Source: Kudoa neothunni
Taxonomy: Eukaryota; Animalia; Cnidaria
Length of the DNA: 64,000 bases
NCBI GenBank assembly: GCA_964304625.1
Contig: OZ199840.1
Coordinates: 7,695,744-7,759,743 of the forward strand
Reading direction: 5' to 3'
Position numbers and translations under genes: made by a program. Positions 53,350-64,000 of the stretch are shown here, piece by piece. The notes under the pieces are model-generated. The model saw only the letters and a program-made list of their open reading frames with translations, was not told the DNA's origin and ran no database searches. How positions within the stretch are numbered: position 1 is the stretch's first letter; each line of letters begins with the position of its first letter.

Positions 53350-55519
53350 CCCTTTGAACCCCCAATTTAATTCAGTGGCCGAAAAATTTTGTTTGCTCAT
53401 TCTATTAAATTTTAAATAAAATATCCATAAATTGGAGCGGTCATTTCAAAAATTAAAAAGATACACGCATGGTGCCAAATGCCAACATTGGGGCGCCGCT
53501 TATTTCAGTATGCGCCTGCTTTTTTGTTACTTTGTTTTTAACCAAGAAATTACTCTTCCACCATCAGATATGCAATATTAAATTATTTATTATAATTTTG
53601 ATAGTCCAAAAACAGTTTTTATTTCTATTAAGGCATTGAGGCACAAATGGACTTGACACTTAATGCAAATATGTTCAAATAATCTATCATTGGAGGATTG
53701 GTTCAAATAGGCAAAGTATTCAACTGAGGCATGACGAAAAATGAATCAGAAAGAAGTTAAAAATCCAAATTTTACACTTCCTAAATCTAATACAGGTAGA
53801 AAAAATGGTTTATATGTAAAAGTTAAAAAAACATCTAAGAACCTACTCTGGAGATATGCATTAAGAACTTGTAAAGGGCAAGCAAAAACTAATAATTCTG
53901 ATGATATAAAGTTTGTTCAAGCATCAAGATTACATGACCACGTTATATCAGAAACGGATATTGAAAATGTTAAGCTAGATTTTAAAATTAAGGAAATTGC
54001 ACAATCAACACAATATTCTACTCGTAAAGTTTTTACCTTGGCTACAGTAAGTGATAGTACAAACAATTTGCCAATAATTAACAAAAGAAATATTTATAAA
54101 AATATACAAAACTAAAGGAAAAGGGGGAATATTGCAATATCCAATATTGTAAATCTTTGTGAAAACCAGGTAAATACGTTAAGAGGTGAAAAATTCTGTC
54201 TTTATGACCCTGGCTCGAATGATTCTCGGCGCATTGTAATTTTTACAACCAGGGAGACTTTTTAACATTTAAATAATTCCATTGTGATGGTAACAGATGG
54301 AACTTCTGATGTCGTCCCGAAAGAGTTTTTACAGCTCTACACCCTAAGTGGAAGAATCTTCGATAAGTTTTCCCCTCTGGTTTTTGTTTAAATGGCAAGC
54401 AAGAATTTAGAATCTTATAATGTATTAATGAACACATTAATATAATTATTGATATTGAATATTCATCTTTTCATGCTTTTAAAAGGGCATCAACATTTTC
54501 AACCATCTGTTTTCGTACTTTTCATTTAGGACAGTGCGTTCAGAGGAAATTACGAAAACTTGGTATGTCATATATTTACAGCCGTAATGTTGAATTTAGA
54601 CTTTTAACCAAATCTATTACTTCGTCGACATTCGTTCCTGAGGAAAATGTTCTAGCAGAATATGAAAAAAAAATAACCTAAGTATTATTAGCGCCATTTT
54701 TAGATTCTTTCGAAAAAAATTTCCTATGATAGTAATTATCCTATACCGGTTTGGAACCCATACAAAAGAGTCATGGAAAATCTACCATTAATCTCGAACA
54801 ATGCGGAAAACTTCCATAAATGTTTTAAAGCATTGTTCGAGCAGTCACATTCGGGACTGAACAATTTTGCAGAAAAGCTGCAAGAATGTCAAAGCGTCAA
54901 GATGTCAACGAACAAGAAATAGAATTCCTAATGGCCAGTCCACTAAATGGTTCTACTACGAACAAAACAAATGCGAAAATGAAAAAAATAAGGAAGATGT
55001 GCGAAAATTATACGCGCTATTATGGAATTTACTATATTAAAACTTTAGCCAAACTGTATAATTGATGTATAGATTAGATTATTTATTTTTTTTAATTATG
55101 CTAGTTTGTCACATCAAATTGTTTTCTCTGTGTTATTCCCACCCATCGTGGTAAACAAGGTATGTTCGGCGAAATTTCTCCTCACACAAATATATCTTCA
55201 ACTCGTTTAAAAATATCAGTTGTTTCAATATCATTGTTTATTTAGTTTTTCGCGTTCATCGTCTAATTTAAACGGTAGTCATCTTCCTATTCATTACTAG
55301 AACTGTATTCGGATACAATGTCATCATATTGACTATACGATATGGAATCCTATTCCTGTCCAACGTCTGATTTGTCCGCATCTGGTAATAATATGATTTT
55401 TTAAAAGTTTGTTCTTTTTATTCCTTTCTCCAATCTAGTCAAAATCCATTCTAGAGAATATAAACACACTTAAATTGAGGGCCAAACGTTGCCATTTAGC
55501 AACATTGGGGTTCAAAGGG
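53350..55519. mobile_element. TTAA-flanked element with piggyBac-type CCC…GGG ends
   Basis: TTAA-CCCTTTGAACCCC at the left and GGGGTTCAAAGGG-TTAA at the right. The motif GCCA…CAACATTGGGG occurs at 53474-53493 and 55491-55510. Confidence 0.85.
53741..55065 (+). pseudogene. MULE (Mutator-like) transposase with FLYWCH-like N-terminus, decayed
   Basis: KSNTGR…LLWR…CKG…HDH, TDGTSDVVPKEFLQLYTLSG…PLVFV, FHLGQCVQRKLRKLG, and YPIPVWNPY…LPLISNNAENFH; multiple stops and frameshifts. Confidence 0.87.
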
Positions 55520-56396
55520 TTAAACAATGAAATTATGGTACTACAAACTAATTAATTCAATGATATATTCGAAAAGTCATGAAAAAATGAGTCATTTAAT
55601 TTTTAATGTTTTTATGAAAAATTATATAATATTTCTAAATATTTTATACCACTTTTTATTATATTTTATCAATTTATGAGTTGTGAACTCGATTAAAATT
55701 GTAATTCACACACACGACTTTTAGGTTTGGCTACAACGAGTTTTGAACAGCGTAAAAGTGATAACAAATACCTTGTTTTGAGTTAGAATTTAATTGTAAT
55801 GTATTAATCGTTTATATTTATCAGAGTTATTTTTCTTATTTGTCACCATACCCATGTTGTGCTAATAAAAATTTTAATTAAGATTTAGTTTGGTCTAATA
55901 TTAAAGTATTAATAAATTATTTTGTTTGTGGACCTATTGGAGTAAATATACTTTCATCATAATAATCCGACTCGCGTAGAAATATAATTTCTCGTATCTG
56001 GTGTAAAGTTTTTTATTGCCTGACATTTCCTCGGTGCTTAAAAAATTACGAAATATTGAGATATTACTGTAATTTAATCTAGCAGATTTAAAAAATTTTG
56101 GAACTATTGGTTGTACGAATTTTTTGAAATCTACTCTAATATTGCATTCCTTTAAAATAAATAACTCCAAAATTTCAATGACTTATTTAATATATATAAA
56201 TTATCTATGGGAAATTATAATTAAGTAAAATTTAATGCAAGAACATCGGGTTCAGTTTTGCATACAAACTCTCACAAAAAAACAACATCACATCACACAA
56301 ACTAATGGTATAAATAAAATATCAAAACAACAGAAATGGATTAATTGAAAATTATCACACAAAGTGTTTTGAGTGAGGCAAAAAAATTAATCCAAA

Positions 56397-56833
56397 TTAT
56401 GCCTTTTCATAATCGAGATTGATTGTCGGTCCAAGCTTGGCATATAACTTGCTTCGCAGCTGTGAAAGCGTATCTTCATAGGAAGCAAGTTGTAGTTTTT
56501 TAGCCGACACTTTGACTTTCTGTCGTTCAATCCGATCATTCAATGTTTGCACAGCCATATCTTGCTTCATATAGACGTATTGTTGACCATATGATATCGG
56601 AATGGTCACATCATCATCCAACAACAATTCTATCTCCTCTATAGCTTCTTCCATAGACTTTATTCCATTTTCTAGATCAATCAATGACAATTTAGCATCT
56701 TGATAGTAATTATTGGTGATAGCAAACAATGTGATATTATCTTGATCTGATTTTGTGAATTTTGGTTTGACAATCTAAAGAAATATTTTACAATAAAACC
56801 AAAAAAATTTAGGCGTTGAGTTACAGGTTCCAT
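56397..56833 (-). CDS. PFDN4: Prefoldin subunit 4
   Basis: Exons 56833-56825 and 56774-56397. DQDNITLFA, EEAIEEIELLLDDD..IP..YG, and LRSKLYAKLGPTINLD. Confidence 0.9.
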
Positions 56834-58348
56834 ATTTTCCACGCATGCGTGTGACAATAATTCATAATTAATGTTTTGCTTACGGTTAACTCAACTATAT
56901 GTATGTAGAAATTTATATTGTTTAAGTAGCTGTTGTGAGAACATATATTTTTCATTTCTTTTTTTATTATGTGTTTTATGTACGGGTAATAAAATTAAGG
57001 CCATAAACCATATGTTAAGTATTTAGGACGAAATCACTCTGTAGAATGAGGTATTTCACTTGTTAGTTTATATATATTTTAAATATTAAATATACGACAA
57101 TCTTAGTTCTAAAAGCCACTACTGTTATGGTAGACGTTGACTTGGTGTAATTAATACGAAATTCTCAAACAATATTGAAATTTCATTTAGATATTGAAAA
57201 CATGAGAAATAGAGTCTAGTTTAAAAGAATCTATCAGATTTTTCGGTGACCTCATTTAATGTTATTTCAAACATGTAATCGTGTAAATTTAAAAATTGAG
57301 CGTAAAATATACTGATTAGGTATAACTCAAATTTATACGAGTTATATTAACCCAAGAGACCTAATATCAATACGGGGAAATAGATTTTAATAATAAATTA
57401 ATCTTGATTTCATAATTACGGTCCAGCAAGCCAAATAGAAATTGGATTTATTTGTAGGTGAGGGTACGTTAACACATCCTGATTCCTTAAATTAAATGTG
57501 AAAAAATTCTACGAGATCGTTAAAAATGTAATTACTTAAGAAAATATAAATTTGTTAAAATAAGTATTCATTCATTTGCCCTTTTATATCATTTTTAATG
57601 TGTTTATGAATATAAATATTAAATGACTGTCCTAATACTTTATAATACTTTGCAATAAAAATAAAAGCACGTACTGTTTGAGTGGAACTTTCATTTGATA
57701 TAAAAATCTGAAAAGAATTGTTTATATAGTTATATAGCTAGGTGATACATGAGTAGTATTGTGTATCGCCTGTTATTATAACTAATGATGTTTGGTGAAG
57801 CTCTTAAGAAATGAGCGAACTGCATAGCATATTATTCCATGCTAAATAAATGTTTTGTGCGAACAGCTAAATCTACACCATATAAATTACAGAGATGAAA
57901 ATACGATAATTTTAATCTCTAAAAAATTAAATTTATATAGAATAAAATTAATATCAGTACAAGATACATAATAAGTTATTATTTTTTTATGTAACTTATA
58001 AATTCACAAAAATAAAACATTAAAATTTAATTACTTATTTATTTAATTAATTTATTAAATTGAATATACGTTTTTAATTAAACTTTCGGATTGTTAGAAA
58101 TTAATATTAAACAATTTAGTCCATTAGCGGATTCAATCTCAACTTTTGCTTTGAAGCTAAAGTTGCAATAAATATAAAATCTATAAATATTTTTACAGTT
58201 GAATCTTTTAAAAAATAATTTCGCATAAAAGGCTTATATGATAATTCTGAAGTATTCGAATTTTAATAAAATAACTTTTCATTAAAACTAAGAGATATTT
58301 ACAATATCGAGAATTGGAGCGAAATAATTAATAAATAAACTTTTATAC

Positions 58349-58735
58349 AAGGGGTTCTCAACCGTTTTTTAATTTACTTCTTCGACATAATAAAGAATCC
58401 AAATTTACCGTTCAATTGGGAGCTGAATTAATACGTAATTCAAGATTGTATAATTATTTAAGTATTATTAGGCTACATCTCTAAAATATAAACGAGGCAT
58501 GAAAAAACGAGACGTATAATGATTTTATAAATAGTTGTTAAATACTTATTCCTAAAACGTTTTAAGCATTTTAGCCAACATCTTAATTGAATTTAATAGC
58601 TCTGAATAGTATAATTCTTTAGAAGTTCTTATGCAGGCAACAAACCTCATTTTGTAAAAATTTCCCGTTCCCGGTTTTGATACCACTTAATTTATTCCTT
58701 GTCATTTAAAATTTACCCCTGGTTGAGAACCGTTG
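58349..58735. mobile_element. hAT MITE
   Basis: TIRs AAGGGGTTCTCAACC and (reverse complement) CAACGGTTCTCAACC; near-matching 8-bp flanks TTTTATAC / CTTTATTC. Confidence 0.7.
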
Positions 58736-59597
58736 CTTTATTCAATACGAAACCCATTTTATGCGCTCCTCTACCACCGAAGGGATGGGTTTTAAATGGT
58801 TACCCATTTTATTTGCATATTAATCATCATAAATTATTATTAATATGTCTAATCGCAAAAATCACATATATTAGTTTTATAACGAGTTTATTACGAAGTC
58901 GTAAAATACTATAGGTATACAAAACCATATTTACGAGTTAATGATTTTAGTAGTTTTAAAGAATTGTTATCAACCTATCCTTTGTATCTCTCCTTTAAAA
59001 AGGGGGCCATTGTTTCACAAGTTGACCTAATTTTAAGCGAAAATATAAAAAACGATTTTAACATGGTTAATTTTATAATGATTTTTGGAAGAAAAAACTC
59101 TTATATTTCAACAGGCATTGGGTACAATCTACAATATTTTAATTTTATAATAAGGCCATTAATTAATCTAGAATAGATAGCAATATTTAATAAATAATTG
59201 TATTATTTTGCTACTATGCTCAAATTACAAGGTAATATTGTGGGCGGAGCGATGCAATTCCTCTAGTTGATTTAAAAAAATAAAAACATAACTTATAAAA
59301 AATAAATAATAATGATAATCATATATTAAAATTAGAAAATCTATTAAAATTGCAATAAACGTAAATTAACTGAGACAATTTCTACGATCTCGCGGCGACT
59401 CCTAATTTTTATATTATTTCTCAAAATTGCTCTCCAAATAAGTTCACCCAGTGATGTTACTACGCTTTCCTGACGAAATGGATTCAACTTATATTGTGGG
59501 AGCATAACACAAAAGAAACAATTAAAATAAAGCTAACACCTTTCGAAGATAAGGTGTCAGCTTCTATTCAAAAAATTGGATATTTTTAACTACAGTT

Positions 59598-59605
59598 ATA
59601 AATAG
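59598..59605 (+). promoter_or_regulatory. Candidate TATA box of the CRD gene
   Basis: TATAAATA about 65 bp upstream of the ATG at 59667; weak evidence in an AT-rich background. Confidence 0.35.
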
Positions 59606-59666
59606 TTCACTGCAATAATCTTAAAAACAAAATTTTGAATTCAAACATTCAAAAATACGAAACGAT

Positions 59667-61159
59667 ATGTTATTAATGAAGGCACTTTTGGTTTCAGTAT
59701 ATATAGCAGTGTTGAATTTTCATGGGAGAAGAGGGTTCACAGTTGGCGGGAGATTTCCTAGAGGTATATACAGATGGACGTGTGTATGGTGTGTGAAACA
59801 CGTTTTATAGAAAGCGAGTCAGATAATAATGTGAACAAAACTGTTGAATCAACGACTGCTAATGTAGAGACTGGCACATCTGCTAGTCCAGACACCGTTA
59901 AGATGATCCCCTTAGTTGTAACTCCAGAAAATCCTACAAGCGAGACTCTTAACGTCACCGATCTAGAAGCCGATAAATTTATCGAATCACTTAAAAATCG
60001 TTATTTTCATAAATATTGATTTTATATTTAATTTCCGTATAGAATCTAATGGTATCGGCCCTTTGAACAAAAATGAAACTCATATCTCGTCTAACGAAAG
60101 TTTACCAACGAATACTACCACTGTTAGTGAAGCACAGAATGCTACAAACACAGAAATGACACCAAGTAACCCCATTCTTTCTGCTGACCAATCCCATTCA
60201 ACGTCAACAGTGGGTGACACATCTCAACCAACACAAGTGCACATGTTTCAGAATGAAGGTTCACCATCACCTCTCTCAAACAACATAGCAGGTGATAACA
60301 CAACCAATCTTCTAAATGAAACAAATATCGAAAAAGGTTTATCGTAAGTGAAATGTGCATCATAAATGAAATTGTTTTAGGTTTAAACGAATCGTGCCCA
60401 AGTGATTGTTCCGCAGATTCTTGCAAACCCGAATGTTCTTTCCATTGTTGCCTGAAAGAAAAATCTTCGGCATCAAATGTAGCTCATCTATTTGTATATG
60501 AATGATAACGATGGTTATAGAATTCGATGGCTGGATATTACAATCAAGATGCCTCCGGTAATACAAGTGCAGGACTGGCATTTGACAGTTCAAAGCTAGA
60601 AAAAGTAACACTCCTTATCTACACGACTTGGAAAATCTACTTATTTTGATAGATGTTGCTGGACACTATTTCAGAATTTACTCAAAAGCTTCCACACACA
60701 CAGCAAACACAAAAACTATCTGAAATAATGACCGACCCCTCAAATCACTATGATTACGCTCCTAGCTATGATGCCTCCAATAACAATAACAACAACAAAT
60801 ACAATTTTATGGAGCAAATGCCGAATCAATACCTAGCTAGTAGATCGAATATGTATCTGACTGAGGGTTATTCCAACAACAACAACAACAACAACAACTA
60901 CGCTAAACCGTACAATTACGCTGATGGGAATCAAAACTTTGCCGCCAAATCGCAAATAAATCCAACCTACCCCTATAAACGTAACCAAATTTCCGATCCA
61001 AACTACCCGATTGCTTCCACGCACCATCATACTGGATATCAAAGGAAAAATATAGCCCGAGCGTTTTTATACAACCCCGATACCAACAGCTACCAATCCA
61101 GAAGATTCTATAGAAGAGCACGAATCTATTCTCCCTACAAACCATCTTACCAAGCATAG
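59667..61159 (+). CDS. Secreted ~422-aa protein: signal peptide, Ser/Thr/Asn-rich region, one minicollagen-type cysteine-rich domain, Asn/Tyr-rich basic tail
   Basis: Phase-consistent exons 59667-59763, 59811-59999, 60043-60336, 60381-60478, 60521-60604 and 60653-61159. N-terminus MLLMKALLVSVYIAVLNFHG; CPSDCSADSCKPECSFHCC at 60395-60451. Confidence 0.8.
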
Positions 61160-61364
61160 ATTATCTATCTTTTTATAACTGAAAAATATAAACAGTTTTT
61201 TTCTATTAAACATTATACAGCTGTTAGGATCGTTAGTTTTTGCGATTAAAATGTTAACGTTTGATGTTAATACTAATGTGAATGTTAAAATTTCCAGCCT
61301 CAGTATAAATCAAATTCGAGTTCGAATTAACAATTAGAAGAGTGTATTTATGAACTTGGAACAA

Positions 61365-62278
61365 TTATTTTGAGCTGATAAAATCTTCGGGGCGAACCAC
61401 CTTGTAGGAAACAGATGCAGTAACATTGTGAATGTTAGTTATGACTGGTCGAAGTGGAACTGTTTCTTCCCCGGTCTCTATAGCATGGGCATTAGCACCT
61501 TTCCATGCCTTAGGAATTATTGATGACGAATTCACATGAACTTGGATATCGATAGTGCCTGTGTATTTTCAGATTATTAGACATAAAACCATCTCCCAAA
61601 TCTCAAATTTACATGGAAAATCCAACAATGGAAGAAAAGATACACTAGCTGTGATTTGTTTCATTAGATTTTGAATTTCAACCACTATTTCATTTTCTGG
61701 TTTCGAAATTAGACGTTGATTCGAACTTGATAATGAGTAGGAATGAGAATGCGCCATCAAACAACTAAACATACTCCACTCCACTATCCTTTCGCTTGAA
61801 AGTGGCATCAATATTGAATTTCCATGTCTCAACAACCTCCCCGGTTACTTTATTGATAATAGCCAAAACAAACTGACTGATTAGACCAGCATCAAGCCAT
61901 TCTATAATAATATACAAGAGATTCATATCGAATATATCCACATTACGATTAAGATCGGCAATAAGTTTGGTGAAATACGCATCTACATCGTTGTCTTTTA
62001 ATAACATAAGAGGAACGTTGTGATATCGTTGTCGTTGAAACATGTCAGGAGGATATATTCCACGTTGAAATAAAACGCTAGATACAACAATGAAACTTTA
62101 AATAACTCTGTAGTCAAAATAAGGCGCGAAATTAAAATTGACGAATACCTATTCACAGAATAATCTAAATAAATCATATCAATTAAATTCATGATTAACA
62201 ACTGGTTAAATTACATAGTAGCTCTGAGATTAGAGCGGCACTTCCGGAAAGGGTCAAACCTGGACTGCTAGTCGACAT
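61365..62278 (-). CDS. MAD2L1: Spindle checkpoint protein MAD2 (HORMA)
   Basis: LTLSGSAALISELLYYSVNSVLFQRGIYPPDMF, EWL, GEVVETWKFNI, EIQNLMKQITASVSFLPLL and TNIHNVTASVSYK; short introns. Confidence 0.9.
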
Positions 62279-63409
62279 TGCTCACGTGACTACCTCAGAC
62301 GTCCAACCCCATATTCACGTAAAATCTATAACCTTTCTCGAAAACTTTAAAAATAAAATAATATTTATTCAATTGATTTAGAGGTTAAAATTAATGAATT
62401 TTGAGTAGTATGTACTATTATACTGGATAAAAAGTGAGATTAGACTAAGTTGGATATTTTTACTAAAATTATTCTTTTTTATAAGATAAATTAAAATATT
62501 GAATTTTAATTGTTAAACATATATTTTGGAATGATTTATTAGTTTTACCAATTTAACGAAATTCTGTAGGATTCTAGCCCATTTTCTTTATTTACGCCGC
62601 AGCATTTGAAACAAGATTACCTCTTCTCAAGGAGCTCTTACACATTCTAATATAAAGTTAAAATGCATGGCTTAGATAAACGCAGAGTATTTAGTTAAAA
62701 ATCAGACTGTGCCACATTTAACCACAATTTAAATGATATGGTTCTCATTAAAGTTGCGCAAACATAGTCTGAAACATGGCTAATAATCTCAAATTAATAA
62801 GAGCCTGATGAAACCATGTACTCATAAAATATTAATCAGCTTGTCCTGCTAGAAAAAGCTTCGTCTCATCGGAAGTTCGCAACCAACGCTATCCCTTCAA
62901 GGACGTTGAGTCTGAGGTGTGTTGGATTGTGGATGAAAAAAAAACAATTTTTAAAAGTTGGATCCTAAAGTTATTTGATGTATTTTAGTTAAGATTCAGG
63001 TGATAACTTTATGATTGAAATTACAGATCCTCAGAATTAAAACATGAATTGATTGACGTTCAAATGGGGATTCGGGTTTATTAAACTGAGTGTAATAAAA
63101 TAATTCTACCGATTCGCACATAACAACTACTTAGGAATGATGACATTTGAAAAACATAATTTTAATATATTTTCGATGAATAAAGGTCGTTTGAAGTTAT
63201 TTTTAAATTTAAAGAAAAGAAAAAGGAGACATTCTCCGGGGGGACTAAATGAATAAGATTATGGACTATTAATTTAAATTACTCCATACTACAGTTACCT
63301 TAAACAATCAATGAAGTGTTGTTAACTAATTAAAAATAATATTACATCGAACATTGATGACATTGGTTCGGCAACAAAATTTTTCAGAAAAATATAATGA
63401 GGGTACAGA

Positions 63410-63504
63410 TCAGTGTTTCCCAACATAGGGTCCACGTCCCGCCGGCGGGACATAGAAATTTTTGAACGTTTAATCAACCGCGGAAAATCCTGAATATGCC
63501 ATAT
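63410..63504 (+). mobile_element. hAT-type left end interrupted by a SINE
   Basis: CAGTGTTTCCCAAC followed by the palindrome GTCCCGCCGGCGGGAC. Confidence 0.5.
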
Positions 63505-63941
63505 GCCAAGGGCAGATATCACATCAGTGTGACACTCGGACTCAGAACATTGAGGTAATAGGTTCGAATCCGCCGGTGGTCAGACTACTGCTTCCATGTC
63601 GGTGGGTCTCTATCCCATATTCGGGAGCCGTGGTTAAAGTGTACGTTCGATGTGAGATGGGGTGAGCGTGAATAGGAGTTTGAATCTCCGGAACCCATCG
63701 AATGGCAAGTAATTTGCAGTCCTCACAGAACCAACTTCCCTAAAGGGATAAGGTTTGGGGTGTTGGTCGCCCTGAGACGAGGATGTTTAGTGAGTTAAAG
63801 TCTCACACTCTACCGCATAAAGATAGGGGGGTTTCATGTTACGCCCTGCGGTGCCTAAAGCGTTAAAGGAAGAGGTATGGCCAACCAGAATTCCACAACC
63901 TAATAAGTTGCGCCAGGGGCTTTACGTTGTAAACAAAAAAA
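63505..63941 (+). mobile_element. tRNA-headed SINE
   Basis: Colinear with 26429-26863; B-box GGTTCGAATCC; tail AAGTTGCGCCAGGGG…TGTAAACAAAAAAA. Confidence 0.85.
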
Positions 63942-64000
63942 TCGGTTGGAAATTATTGGCTTATACGTTTAAATAGAGTTGAGGCATTAATTGAATGTAG

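Noticed and set aside
62800-62830. CTGATGA as a hammerhead ribozyme core
   Set aside because: No stem II followed by GAAA, and no flanking helices.
62560-63250. Coding-like decayed sequence upstream of MAD2 (also 4800-5400, 18560-19030 and 24960-25330)
   Set aside because: Probably TE relics, but I found no diagnostic motif or terminus to support a call.

Overview
AT-rich eukaryotic nuclear DNA. Highly diverged animal genes, 40-70 bp GT-AG introns and a secreted protein with a minicollagen-type cysteine-rich domain suggest a cnidarian, probably a myxozoan; this taxonomy is an inference. Genes recognised by manual splicing and translation: CACYBP, two tandem cytosolic 5'-nucleotidase III paralogues, a non-muscle myosin regulatory light chain, GRAMD1/Aster, VPS11, a PPP1R3 (CBM21) glycogen-targeting subunit, prefoldin 4, MAD2, the secreted CRD protein, and one or two weak orphan models. 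Intergenic DNA and three giant introns are packed with decayed and nested transposons: hAT, piggyBac (one nearly intact copy plus derivatives down to 74 bp), Tc1, pogo-like MITEs, Merlin, MULE, Helitron-like elements and four related tRNA-headed SINEs. The best leads are (i) a collagen-free CRD protein that may be a polar-capsule/nematocyst component, (ii) a MULE transposase enclosed by piggyBac-type TTAA/CCC ends, and (iii) a modular SINE family with different tRNA heads and a covarying structured tail. All calls were made by eye without database searches, and exon boundaries are manual.
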